A stretch of DNA of 64,000 bases from Balanoglossus misakiensis. Its lineage: Eukaryota; Animalia; Hemichordata. This document shows, in pieces, positions 25,291-38,470 of this stretch. How positions within the stretch are numbered: the first letter of the stretch is position 1; the number at the start of each line of letters is the position of its first letter. The DNA is taken from NCBI GenBank assembly GCA_040954595.2, contig CM082596.2, forward strand, positions 10,250,461 through 10,314,460, given 5' to 3'. Below the pieces are notes generated by a model. That model had not been told where the DNA came from and ran no database searches. It saw nothing but the letters and a program-made list of their open reading frames with translations. The translations under genes were made by a program, and so were the position numbers.

Positions 25291-25928
25291 TAACTTGTTT
25301 ACGTGGTCATTTACAACCAATTCATCATTTTGTGGTTTGTTAAGATTTTCAGTACTCTAAATTGGTACTTCAATAAAATGGTTGTAATATATTTATTAAT
25401 ATTTATTACACATCACGTATTATTATGCGCTCCTGGTTGGCTAATACTAAATATGACAGAACTTCATGACCTCTGCACACGATCTGAGGCTTATGGAAGT
25501 TATTGTCGCGAGTGATGCAGTGTATTCTGTTGCAGTACTTTCACAAGCCAGCCTATTATTTCCCATCATGTCAATGCCTGGCCAATTAATTACACATCCT
25601 CCTGAAAATTGTTGGTAGGTGGGCAATCAATTTCCATGGTTACATCCTGGATGAAACACTGGTACAGGTTCAAGACAAGTTTAGTGACATTGTGTGAATC
25701 CACAGCAGAATTTCACATCAACTGTATAATCCTCCAATTTTGTGTTTCAGAAAAATCGGTGTCCAGTGGTGATACAAAAGAGGTTGCCATAGACAAACCT
25801 ACAACCATAGCAACCACTTCAGTGTCTACAACCACTACCACAACACAGCCACTGAAACCCGCATCAACAGTTACCATGTTTACAGCATCTACCTCCAGTA
25901 TGACCTCAAATCCTCTCAAATCAAATGT

Positions 25929-26395
25929 TAGTCTCGGTTACCCAGATGCCTTTGCTTCTTCCGATGCTCTCCAGAAAAGGGTCTGGGGAAATGCTATTGA
26001 AAGCTTTGTAAAACAAAATGGCCGATGTCAGGATTTTGATCATCGCCTGATTGGCTGAGCTGTCAGTATGACCCGGGTCACTGGCTCTCAACAATGTGTG
26101 ATTTTTTGTCGTCTCTTCATATCAAGAGACCGGTACTTGTTGGTTGATGCGAAAGGCAAAAGGCGTCCTCTGTTAGCATTGTTGGAGAAATTATACGAAA
26201 TATCTTTGGTAGACGATTGTCGAAACTATTGCGGTGACCCGGGTCATACTGACAGCTCAGCCAATCAGGCGATGATCAAAATCCTGACATCGGCCATTTT
26301 GTTTTACAAGGCTTTCATTAGCATTTCCCCAATTTCCCCAGACTCTTTTCTGGAGAGCATCGGAAGAAGCAAAGGCGTCTGGGTAACCGAGACAA
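25929..26395. mobile_element. MITE inserted inside a MED25-like exon (TAG terminus, 9-bp TSD; Academ-like)
   Basis: TAGTCTCGGTTACCCAGATGCCTTTGCTTCTTCCGATGCTCTCCAGAAAAG is inverted at the right end. TSD ATCAAATGT/ATCAACTGT. The exon frame resumes as STVGSSSP up to the donor at 26422. Confidence 0.8.
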
Positions 26396-28472
26396 ATCAA
26401 CTGTTGGAAGTTCATCCCCAGGTAAAGTCTCCAGTGTTGCTTCCCAGCCATTGTCAATTTAAGTCCGCACATAATTAGACCACCAAGTGAAGTGTGAGAT
26501 ATAGTAGAATATTGCCATGTTGATCTTCACTACAAGTTAGTTAAAGTTATATAGCACTCTGTGATCAACGAGTTGAAAATACAGCATGAGTTTTCGGGGA
26601 CATGTAGTCCCCTTCATCAGATGCACACGTGGAATGAACAGAGAAACAGAGAATCATGGGGTATTCAAAGTAGGAAATATGTGCAGGACCAGGTGCATCA
26701 GAAATTTTTCCTGCAGTGGATTTTCTATCTGAGGATGGTGACTTCATGACCGAAATTTTGTGTCCGTGAGCAAGGCACTTTACTTCTCATTGCTCTGAGG
26801 AGACTCATGGCTTTGTGTAGGTGATTTGCACCTTTTCTAGTCTTTCTACTAGACATATTTTCTGTGTTTGTGATAGATGAATTACTGTCTTACAGGAAAT
26901 TTTTGTGAACTTCGTGAGAACCAAAAAATGCGAATTAAAAAGTCATGTAAAAATATTTTTCAGGGATATTGGTGCAGTTAGTGAAATATGAGAATGCGAA
27001 ATTTAATTGTAGAATAACAGCTGTCTCTTAGGATTATGCGAACATTTCCTGTCACAGAAATTTTCTGTTTTACAGTATATAAATAAATCAAGTAGATCTT
27101 TTTACTGCAGATGCTACACCAACAATTCATCTGTTACCTGGACGACCAAGTCAAATTTGAAGTCAGTCTCCACAACAACTATCGTCCTCTCAACAGAAAC
27201 TGATTCAACCAAGTCAGCCCCAGATGCAGGGCCAAGGTCAAAGGTCATCAATGCCTTTTTCCCAGCCTACCAGTTTACCAAACCAACCAGTATCCACTGT
27301 CACAGCAAACAGGACTCAACAACCCAATGTGACTGTTTCAAGTATCCCCATGAGACAATTTTGTCCACCCAGGTACAGTTGTGGTCTACCTTCTACTTTT
27401 TGATATTCAAATTAGCTGTTTCTAGTTACCCATCCTGTGAATTGAAAGCTTTTTATGACTGTATCGCATAGCCTTGTCTTACCAGTGTCTACACAGTAGA
27501 CTATTTATTTTCAAAACACATTCAAAACTTCTGTTTTGGTTGCAAAAAAGCCACTCTGTAAATGGAAAGACTCTTTGGATAATGCCACAGACTCATTAAT
27601 CAAATTCAATTTTTAATGTGATTAATGTTGATAAGCCCTAAAACCTGATCCCTTCCAAATGTGAGTATGTGTGTTGAAAATGGGACTTTGAGAGTTGTAA
27701 GCTCAACATCGATTCAAAAATTGAAGTCATGAAGTAAAAAATGTGGTTTTGAATACTGGCCTTGATAATGCTTCATATTAACTAGGTTTGTTACCCTTTT
27801 TGGACAGGCAACTTCACCACCAAAGATGACTTCTCAGCATGTGCCAGCTGCTGCACTGAAAGCCACAGAGGGTGTCATGCAAATGGCAAATGCTAGTCAG
27901 TTCAGTAAGATGCCACAAATTGCTGCTGTGAATTCTATCAACTCACAGCCACAGCAGAGATGGCCAGGTACAGATTCAAAGCCACAACGAGGTAGGTACA
28001 GTCAAACCTGTCTACAGTGGCCAGTCAAGGGACTTTCCTAAACTGGCATTTATAGACAGGTGGCTTCTATAGATAGGTCAGTTAATGTGCAATGTACATG
28101 TACATGAAATGAAACAAAGTTGCCACTATAATAGAGGTGGCCACAAACACAGATTTGACTGTCATATATGTTATGTTGCCATGGCAGTCATTTACCATTA
28201 GTTTGAATATACTTTGCCAAAACCTGAGGAAAAAATATTCAAGTTCCCCTTTTCGTATTCCCCTATCAATGGTATAATACAACAGTGTCATGGTAAAATT
28301 TTGTGACATTTTTGCTAACTGCTAAAGCCCAAGTAACATTGTTTTTTTCAGTATTTTTCAGCGAAGGAATTAACCCTAGTTTCTTGTTCTGCTATGGATA
28401 GCTTTATGAAATGTTCAGTCTTTAGCTTCTATACAAAACTTGTACATGAGTAATGGCCATTGTGAATATTAA

Positions 28473-29668
28473 CCCTTACGCTGTCGAGTCCGTAGCAGAG
28501 CGCCCGATTTCCGGTGTGGGTAGAAGTCGAACGTTGGCGAGTGATGAATGACCTAAATGGTATGGATCGATATGATTCACCGACCCGCTGGAGTCTCTAG
28601 GCGTTTGCGTGCGCTTCGCTATAACGGGTTGACTTTGAACTACCGTTTTGAGGGCAATATCTGTTAGGACAGGAAAGTCTCGACAGGGTTCTTTGCCTTG
28701 AACTACAAAGAGCACACTATCCTAAGAGGCACATTCCGCCGGTCATTCCCGACCCTGTGGAGACCGTTTTTTTGCGTCCGTCAAAAACGTACTTGGCATC
28801 GATGCATTGTTTACTATAACAGACGGTTCCACAACGACATAGGGTATCGACCTTTTCGATGGCCAGCGGTGTCGGATGCACTCGTGGGTAGCACTGTTTG
28901 GGAAAGTGCGTTTTGGGATCGACTCGGGAAACATGACGAAATGGTGCAATGGGGCCCGCAGAGCTTGCGGGATACCTATGACTGTGTCGGTACAACCCTG
29001 TGCCGTAAAAAATTTATAGCGTATTAACACCGTACTGAACGTCAGTTTGCCGTGCGTAAGTAACCAACGTGTCGTTATCACAACGTCCGTGTGTGTCTCG
29101 TCTGAAGAAATGAGTCGTTATCACAACGTCCGTGTGTGTCTGGTCTGAAGAAATGAGTCGTTGTCGGGCGGCTGTAGAGTGGGACACTGTGCGCCAGTGT
29201 CTAGTCGTTCGCATTACGTGTCGAACTAACTCGTACCCTACGGGAAAGTGGCAGGGGAAGGTGTGCCCGAACACCCCTGGCGGTACACCCTGGGTCCCCT
29301 ACTGACAACTAATGGTGTCGTCGTTGTGACGTGATATGGCGTGTGCTAACACACTAACTTTATTTTCGTAAAAGTAAGCCTCGAAATGACGTTGACAGAC
29401 GCTCCCCTCCCAGGGGAACGAACCCGATGACCCCACAACTTTTACCCGGTTAATTGTTGTTTGAGGTCCCGCCAACACGGGACTGTGCCAAACTTGAAGT
29501 CTAGCACGTTCAAAAGCAGCTAAAATGACCCTCCAAAAACCCGATTTTCAGGCAAAAAGCCTGGTAATCCAGCGGGTGTAGAATGCCGGATTCTACATAC
29601 ACCGAAAAGGAGGCGGTCTCGTAACGACTCGGCAGCCCAACGGGTTATGACCCCCGGTAGCAAGAGGG
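28473..29668. mobile_element. piggyBac-like non-autonomous insertion, GC-rich
   Basis: TTAA|CCCT...AGGG|TTAA boundaries, weak TIR similarity (GCTGTCGAGTC vs GACTCGGCAGC), sharp GC shift and an internal ~43-bp direct repeat near 29072-29160. Confidence 0.6.
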
Positions 29669-30404
29669 TTAAATGAACTCAGACGAGAATTCATTTTTCA
29701 ACAATAACAATGCTGATCAATATATAAAACGCCTTTGTTTGAAAACCAAACTCTGAATAAATTCTTAATGTTTTACAGAGTAGAATAAAGTCTTACAGCT
29801 GATATCCAAAGTTAACATTGAAGTTATTGACGTTTTAATACTACTGTGTTTACTTATCAGCAGGTATGCAGTCAACGATGCGAACAGGAGTGCAGTCAAC
29901 ACAACCGACAGTACCTAATGTGAGCGACAGCAAAAATCCACCTGTCACCACTGGCACCAATGTTATTCCAACTCTGACACAGCCACAAGTACATGTACAA
30001 AACCAGTCATTGGTATGTTATGTTATGAGCTGAGTTATAATACCCACCTATCCCTTTTGCCTGGCAAGTGACAGTTTATCACTTTTCAGTATTTCAATGG
30101 AACTGTATTTGGATAATTTGTTACCTAACATGACATCAGAAGATGGCAGCTTGATGTCTTAACTGAGGACATTGGATGACCAGTAGATAAAGATTTTCTT
30201 TGATATCAATGACATCAGACGCAGTTCCGTTGGCATTCAAATTTCCAGCTGACGGGGAATTTCAGCAACGTGGTGCAAATGACGACTGTGCAGATGAATA
30301 CCAAGATGCTGTTGAGGCACCATGCCTGATACATATTACCTGTCTGGTGGTACTAAAGTATAAACACATCCGGAAAAAAATATTTTACGGGATACCAATT
30401 GAGA

Positions 30405-31050
30405 CTAATAGAATCTCACATTCCCAAGGACCTGTGATCATATTTCTCACATGAGTTGGGGATTTTTGTCCCACACGAGCCGCAGGCGAGTGTGGGACAA
30501 AAAATCCCCAACGAGTGTGAGAAATACGATCCCAGGTCCTTGGTGTGTGAGATTCTTTTTCTCACACGACCAGAAATTTGCAATATTAACGTTTATTTAC
30601 AATAAAAGGACTAAATCTATAAAATACCAACTGATAACTGCATGACCAGTCATATATTGATCCGCCCCTCAAAATATAGTCCCCATTTCATCACGAGTTT
30701 ACAGTACACACATGCTATAAAAATGTGCTCAACACATTTTAATATGGAGATTGTTTCCAGTGGTATAAATTCAAGCGATATCTAGAAAATACAACCGTGT
30801 TTTTTAGTCTGTCGCCAACCACGTACACCACTGTCGTCTGCACATGACCTGATCACATTGTAGTTCAGGTTTGTGTACAACACATCACACAATTGGATAA
30901 TATTTGTTCGTTCTGAGGGGTATGAATATCATTATCCAATCAGAGCTCGTGTCAGATAACAGTTGTCTGTGTGCGCATTAACACAGAGTGTGGGATCAAT
31001 TTGATCCCACACTCTCTATCCCACACTCCCAGCGGCCAGGAGTGTGAGAA
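30405..31050 (+). mobile_element. Dispersed repeat family A copy
   Basis: TAATAGAATCTCACATTCCCAAGGACC...CCCACACGAGCCGCAGGCGAGTGTGGGA...GGAGTGTGAGAA. Confidence 0.75.
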
Positions 31051-31054
31051 AAAT

Positions 31055-32953
31055 TATTCCCATCTTGTTATAAATCTGAGCCCAGGTGTCTTTGGTGTGA
31101 GATTCCAGTAGTCAAGAGTAGGCTTACCTTGAATAATGTAATGCTTGTAAATAATTTATAATTTCTTCTTACCCTCCAGATATGAATGTCACAGTGGTGG
31201 AAATGCGTGCCAACACTATTGTCAGAATACCCATGGTAGTTATCTCTGCGCTTGCAGACCAGGATTCTATCTGCTGGAGGATGGCTATGCATGTGGCGGT
31301 ATGTAACTGTGGATATTGATCTCTTCTGTGGCTACACTGTTTGGGGATTGTATATTGCTATGGTTACAATCAGCTAAACACACATCCTGTCAGTCAATTG
31401 CACACATTTTAAAATTTGAAATCAACCGCACACTCGTACTGAACACATGTTTGTTGAAATTGTATCTCAGAATTTTTCCATTTATAATTATGCATAATAT
31501 AAACAAATTAACAAATGTGAAATTTTATCTTTGAAAATTTGTTTGCAAGGGTGAAAAAGTAATCTGTTTTTTTAAAAATCAGACAAAGTTTTGCTGACAG
31601 GGTACACGAGTTTCAGGGGATTTTGTTAAAATGAGATTGATAGAGAGTGTTAAAATTCTTAGATTATGAGATTGCCATGGATATTGAGGACTTTGATGTA
31701 AAAACAATTAATTGATCAAGAAATATGTGGTTAAGTATATGTGTCATCAACCTCACACTATACTATAAGACTGTCTGATATATTTATGCACAAGTACAAT
31801 GTATTTTCACTACTTATATGCATAACTCAATCAAATTAACATAATTTATCGACCTATAGCTAAATAAATTACCACAGCAAAGAATAAATATACACTTAGA
31901 AAATTCATATAGTTTTCATCTCATTTTAAAGACATTATAAATGCTTCTCCGAGGGGTACAGTAATTTTTAGGGTAAGCCTAATTCAAGATTCACGTTTCA
32001 AGATTCACGTTTCACGTTCCACAGCCCAAGATTCATATTCTGATTCAGATTCTAGTCTTGTCTAATATGTTTATGCTGCCGTAACCAGGGGTGCGTACGA
32101 TTGTTTATTGTCCTTGATCCCTGCCCAAGCAAGGTTCCCCAAATATTCTGTTCGATTAACGCGTGACGTCATTGTCGGGTATCTCTTCAAGTTCAGTTTC
32201 AACAACATTTTTCAAAGAGAGATGCACCCTATTTATTATTTTCTAACACATGAATGACCCTAGGCCTGAGATCGCACCATGGCCGGCAATCTTGGTATTC
32301 ACAGATACTTTTAAGCGTAATTCTGATATAATTGATAGGTTTAGGTATATTTTACAACCAATAACTTAAGCAAAGGACTAATTCCTATATTCTGAATCAA
32401 GTGAAAGTAATATTGTAGATGGCGAAAGGACGTGACAAGACTCGAATCTGAATCAGAATATGAATCTTGGGCTGTGGAACTTGAAACGTGAAACTTGAAA
32501 CGTGAATCTTGAATTAGGCTTACCCTAATTTTTAATGGGTATATTCTTGATAACTCATCACCATGAATGATCATTTCAAAACTTAACAAGGCATATGGCT
32601 AAAGAGGATTCAGTGTTTGTGCACCTTCTATCTGCTATGCTGGATCTATTGACAGTTTTCAAAGGGGTTTAAAGACTCGTCTTTTTATTCAGTACTTTCT
32701 ATTTCATTCCATTGCTTTTTTGGTTAATAGGGACTGTCTTTCAGAACTCTTTGGTTTGTTTCGTGTTTTTAAGTGTAATTTATTATCCTTTAAGCTTTCA
32801 CTTGTTTTCTAATTTTATTATTTTCTGTAGAAAATGCACTGAGATGTATGTGTATTATGTTTGTCAGGAAATAAATAATAATAAAATTAAAAATAATAAA
32901 CTATCTTTGATTTCAGATGTCAATGAATGTATGGAGAGAGCAGATCTTTGTGA
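31055..32953 (+). repeat. Segmental duplication, copy 1 (copy 2 at ~36240-38125)
   Basis: Near-identical ~1.9-kb sequence including an EGF exon, a MULE MITE and the start of the next exon. Confidence 0.92.
31971..32525. mobile_element. MULE/Mutator-like MITE, 9-bp TSD
   Basis: GGGTAAGCCTAATTCAAGATTCACGTTTCAAG...CTTGAAACGTGAATCTTGAATTAGGCTTACCC with TAATTTTTA on both sides. Confidence 0.85.
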
Positions 32954-33446
32954 AGGCCAGTGTGTGAATACAGCAGGCTCTTTTTATTGCACTTGTGTTG
33001 TGGGATATTGATTGGTCAATGGAGAGTGTACAGGTAAGACCAGCACAATATGTGGGCAACGAAAGGTCCTGTATCTGTAACTTTTGAATTTTTATTCAAT
33101 ATTATTCTGGGTGTCACCCATCATTTCTTGTTCAGCTCGGTGAAGCTAGGTAAGCAATGTTGTTATTGTTTAAACATTGTATTCAAGCCTGGGTCTGGAC
33201 TTGGATGCAATTTGTCAATAATAACAGTGATTGGTAACTGCATGTTTACATAACTGGCTAACTGTTAAAGAGACCAGCTGTTCTTTTTGCTGTGTGTACA
33301 GTACACATGCCATTGGCAGCTTATGGCTCAGTCAGTGTTTGCCTGTTGATTTCTCTATGTGTGTGTGTCTGTATATGTACTCCGGTGTAGACTTTTTTAT
33401 TGTGTTATCCCTGAATGGGACCACTGTGTCCTTAACGCGATGTTTT

Positions 33447-33920
33447 ACACTCAGCAGCGATAGTTTGTCTAACACGAGCCAAAATATCCCCAACTCGTCT
33501 GAGAAATCTTATCCCAGGTCCTAAGGTTGTGAGACTAATAGAATCTCACACTCCCAAGGACTTGGGATCATATTTCTCACATGTGTTGAGGATTTTCTGT
33601 CCCAAACAAGCTGCAGGCGAATGTGGGACAAGATATCCCCGACGAGTGTGAGAAATACGATCCCAGGTCCTTGGTGATTAGTTTTCTCACACGGTCACAA
33701 ATTAGCCAAATTCGTTAAATAAATGACTCTTGAACTGTCATCTGGTACATTGTAGATTCAGTATCGCGTCATTGGATAACATTTAGCACATGTTGTTAAA
33801 GAACTCTTTGTCATCCAATCAGCGCTCGCATCATATACAGCTCTCGATTCAGTGAGAATGTGGGATTGATTTGTTCTCACACTCTGATCCAACACTCTCA
33901 GCATGCCAGGAGTGTGAGAA
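33447..33920 (+). mobile_element. Dispersed repeat family A copy (degenerate)
   Basis: Inverted homolog of 5635-6092. Confidence 0.7.
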
Positions 33921-34845
33921 TCTATTACGAGTTTGAAATCTTAGGTGAAGAGTTTATCAATTTCACTGCCAACCCTGTAGGGCATTCTGGGATATGTGCT
34001 CATGCCAAAGCACAAACAGCCATGACCTGACAGCTCAGTTTGTAAATCATTTCTACAAATCCACAAAGAGACTCAAAGTTTAGAAAAGTTGTGTCTGTTA
34101 GAAATATTAGAAATATTACTGTTAATACTTAATTTCAAAGCCATGTGAATTTGTTCACTTTAATAGGGAAATTTTTAAAGGAAGGGAGGATTGGTATTGA
34201 CTTGAATAATTACAATGGATGTTTTTGTTCTCTATTTTCAGATGTGAATAATGAGTGTTCAGATTCTGTTTGTGCTGGAGGGTGTCTCAATGCAGAGGGT
34301 GGATTCAGCTGTAATTGTGGTGATGATGGTTTCTCTCTGAGTGCAGATCATGTCAATTGTTTAGGTAAGTTTTTTTTGAGTGGGGAGGGGATAGACCAAC
34401 AATTGCTTTGCATTTCCTGCCTCAAAAGGGCGCTTACACAAGTTGTAAGTGGCAAAGATTACAGCGAGTCACCATGTAAAAAAAATAATAAATAAAAGTT
34501 ATCAGGCACTTTCCAAAGTTACACATTTAGAAAAAAATGAGTTTGTTGTCTCATGTGTGATATTTTTGGCTAACAAAACACTAGCGTCTAATGTGGTTAC
34601 TACATTGTTTGTTTATCAGTATACAGTACTGGTACATATAAACATATGATATGACCAAGTTATATGCCAGATGATATTTATCAAGTTTCACACAATTTTG
34701 CTCTCTTGTATATTTTTTTCAAAGCCAACTGTACATGTAATTCAGATGTATTCATTCAAACACAATGTATCATATTTGTGTTTTCAAGCTGGTTGGTCAC
34801 CATGCCAACAAGCGTGTTACAACACACCAACCAGTTACCAGTGTG

Positions 34846-35730
34846 GTTGCAGACCAGGATTTAAGTTGCACAGAAATTAACAAACATGTGTTGGTGAGTA
34901 TCTACAATTGGGAGAAAGTAAGATGTAGGTGTTTGTGCAATGTAAGTGTCCAATACATGTACATGTATATGTGACACTGAAATTACACATTGTACAGTCA
35001 ATAATTGGTAAATGTCTATTATTCATGACACAAATCAACATACAGTCAAACCTCTGTGACTGGCCACCTCTGTTAAACAGCCACCTCTATATAGTGCCCA
35101 CTTTATTCTAGTCCCTGTGTAATTTATATCTACATTAATTGACTTTTCTACCAGGTATAATGGCCACCTGTCTATAAAGGCCAGTTTAGGAAAGTCCCTT
35201 TACTAGCCATAATGGACAGGTTTGACTGCACTTGTGTTGATTTCTGTCTGTAATACGTGTAACACAATCATAAAATTTTTCATAAAGAGGGCACACTTCC
35301 AAAATAAGGTGTCATCTCCAAGCAGACAATGTGAAAAAGGAGGCCGGTAGGTTACAGAGTACTGCTCGAGCTCATCTACTTTGTTGTATACATGATACAA
35401 GTTGCGTGTAAAACTGACCTTACAATAAAATGTGGCTGTCGAAAGTCTGTCCCAACTATAGTGTTGATACACAAGACAAAGTTTTTACTCTTTGACCAAC
35501 TGGCCTCATGTTTGCGTCTTGGAAGGGCACCCTCTTTATGAAAAAGGCATATGATATCACTACAAGGAATAAATTAACATGATAGAACATTGCTGATTAA
35601 TGTCATAGATCATGATAACATGAATGCATAGCAATGTTTTGTTACAATTTGGTACATAAAGAAATGGACTACTGTGACAGTATTGACTCTGGGCACTACG
35701 TAGATGATTCCCAGCCTCAAAATTCTGACT
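34846..35730 (+). repeat. Duplicated segment (second copy at ~39253-40040)
   Basis: GTTGCAGACCAGGATTTAAGTTGCACAGAAAT and the following intron recur at 39254 onward. Confidence 0.85.
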
Positions 35731-36239
35731 TGCTTCACCGTTGGAAGAAGTCAGTTTTCAGGTTAACATGTATATTTGTACAGAGTGTGGCATTAGTGAG
35801 TGGTTGCATCACATCAATGCATGACAAAAGGTCATCACTGTGTAAGACTCAGAAATAGAATTTGAATACAAATCCTATTAAACAAAATATTCTAAAATTT
35901 ACATGTTATTTTAACATGTTTACTCCTATAAAAGTGAGTGCACGTGTTTTCGAGGTCTCTTCAATTCAGAAGCCACTGTGTAGGCCTTAGTTGGTGCATG
36001 CAGCTCGTAGACTTAGAAATTAAGTTTGGTTCAACTCAAACGCTTCAAGTCCAGTTGACCATCTCACACTTCTGGCACTGGTGGGATTCAAACCCACGCC
36101 ATCGAAACGACTGCAGGTGCCTAAAACCCCTTGACTGTAGGACACAAATGCCTGACAGTGATATAACTATGTTATAATGTTACATCGACAATACATAAGT
36201 TTGGGGATATGTTGTCTCAAATGATCAAATTGAGACAAA

Positions 36240-38125
36240 TTATCCCCATCTTGTTATAAATCTGAGCCCAGGTGTCTTTGGTGTGAGATTCCAGTAGTCA
36301 AGAGTAGGCTTACCTTGAATAATGTAATGCTTGTAAATAATGTATAATTTCTTCTTACCCTCCAGATATGAATGAATGTCACAGTGGTGGAAATGCGTGC
36401 CAACACTATTGTCAGAATACCCATGGTAGTTATTGCTGCGCTTGCAGACAAGGCTTCAATGTGCTGGAGGATGGCCATGCATGTGCAGGTATGTAACTGT
36501 GGATATTGATCTCTTCTGTGGCTACACTGTTTGGGGATTGCATATTGCTATGGTTACAATAAAACATGCATCCTGTCTGTCCATTGCACACATTTTAAAA
36601 TTTGAAATCAACCGCACACTCGTACTGAACACATGTTTGTTGAAATTGTATCTCAGAATTTTTCCATTTATAATTATGCATAATATAATCAAATTAACAA
36701 ATGTGAAAACTTATCTTTGAAAATTTGTTTGCAAGGGTGAAAAATTAATCAGTTGTTTTAAAAATCAGACAAAGTTTTGCTGACAGGGTACACGAGTTTC
36801 AGGGGATTTTGTTAAAATGAGAATGATAGAGAGTGTTAAAATTCCTAGATTCTGAGATTGCCATGGATATTGAGGACTTTGACGTAAAAACAATTAATTG
36901 ATCAAGAAATATGTGGTTAAGTATATGTGTGATCAACCTCACTATACTATAAGACTGTCTGATATATTTATGCACAAGTACAATGTATTTTCACTACTTA
37001 TATGCATAACTCAATCAAATTAACATAATTTATCGACCTATAGCTATTAAATTACCACAGCAAGGAATAAATATTCACTTAGAAAATTCATATAGTTTTC
37101 ATCTCATTTTAAAGACATTATAAATGCTTCTCCGAGGGGTACAATAATTTTTAGGGTAAGCCTAATTCAAGATTCACGTTTCAAGATTCACGTTTCATGT
37201 TCCACAGCCCAAGATTCATATTCTGATTCAGATTCCAGTCTTGTCTAATATGTTTATGCTGCCGTAACCAGGGGTGTGAACGATTGTTTATTGTCCTCGA
37301 TCCCCGCCCAAGCAAGGTTCCCCAAATATTCTGTTCGATTATCGCGTGACGTCATTGTCGGGTATCTCGTCAAGTTCAGTTTCAACAACATTTTTCAAAG
37401 AGAGATGCACCCTATTTATTATTTTCTAACACATGAATGACCCTAGGCCTGAGATCGCACCATGGCCGGCAATCTTGGTATTCACAGATACTTTTAAGCG
37501 TAATTCTGATATAATTGATAGGTTTAGGTATATTTTACAACCGATAACTTAAGCAAAGGACTAATTCCTATATTCTGAATCAAGTGAAAGCAATGTAGAT
37601 GGCGAAAGGATGTGACAAGACTCGAATCTGAATCAGAATATGAATCTTGGGCTGTGGAACGTGAAACTTGAAACGTGAATCTTGAATTAGGCTTACCCTA
37701 ATTTTTAATGGGTATATTCTTAATAACTCATCACCATGAATGATCATTTCAAAACTTAACAAGGCATATGGCTAAAGAGGATTCAGTGTTTGTGCACCTT
37801 CTATCTGCTATGCTGGATCTATTGACAGTTTTCAAAGGGGTTTAAAGACTCGTCTTTTTATTCAGTACTTTCTATTTCATTCCATTGCTTTTTTGGTTAA
37901 TAGGGACTGTCTTTCAGAACTCTTTGGTTTGTTTCGTGTTTTTAAGTGTAATTTATTATCCTTTAAGCTTTCACTTGTTTTCTAATTTTATTATTTTCTG
38001 TAGAAAATGCACTGAGATGTATGTGTATTATGTTTGTCAGGAAATAAATAATAATAAAATTAAAAATAATAAACTATCTTTGATTTCAGATGTCAATGAA
38101 TGTATGGAGAGAGCAGATCTTTGTG
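36240..38125 (+). repeat. Segmental duplication, copy 2
   Basis: Near-identical to 31055-32953; breaks off inside the EGF exon after DLCE. Confidence 0.92.
37154..37698. mobile_element. MULE-like MITE (duplicated copy)
   Basis: Same TIRs, same TAATTTTTA TSD and same flanks as 31971-32525. Confidence 0.85.
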
Positions 38126-38269
38126 AGAGCAGATCTTTATCTCAAGGCGCCACAGAGGAATAAAGGTCCTTCTTTTGTTGCATTTCGAATAGATTCGTGT
38201 AATTCACTTTTGTTTGGGCTCCCTAAGTACTAGATCAGCCGTATTCAAGTTCAAAATATTGCTGCTAGT

Positions 38270-38470
38270 TCCAAAATCACTGTTTACATCAATGCAATTT
38301 CAGTTCCATTGGTTACCTGTGTCTGATCGTATTGTTTTCAATATTTTATTTCTTATTTTTGAATTCATTCATAGACTTGGACCATCATATCTGTCTGATA
38401 TGATCAAATTATATGTTCCAAATCGAAACTTGAAGTCAGCTGATCAGCTCAAACTCTGTCCTGTTCAGCC
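38270..38470 (+). mobile_element. LINE (L2/CR1-group) ORF2 C-terminal fragment
   Basis: FHWLPVSDRIVFNILFLIFEFIHRLGPSYLSDMIKLYVPNRNLKSADQ matches the typical LHWLPV..RI.FKIL...G.APSYL...Y.P.R.LRS tail. Confidence 0.75.
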
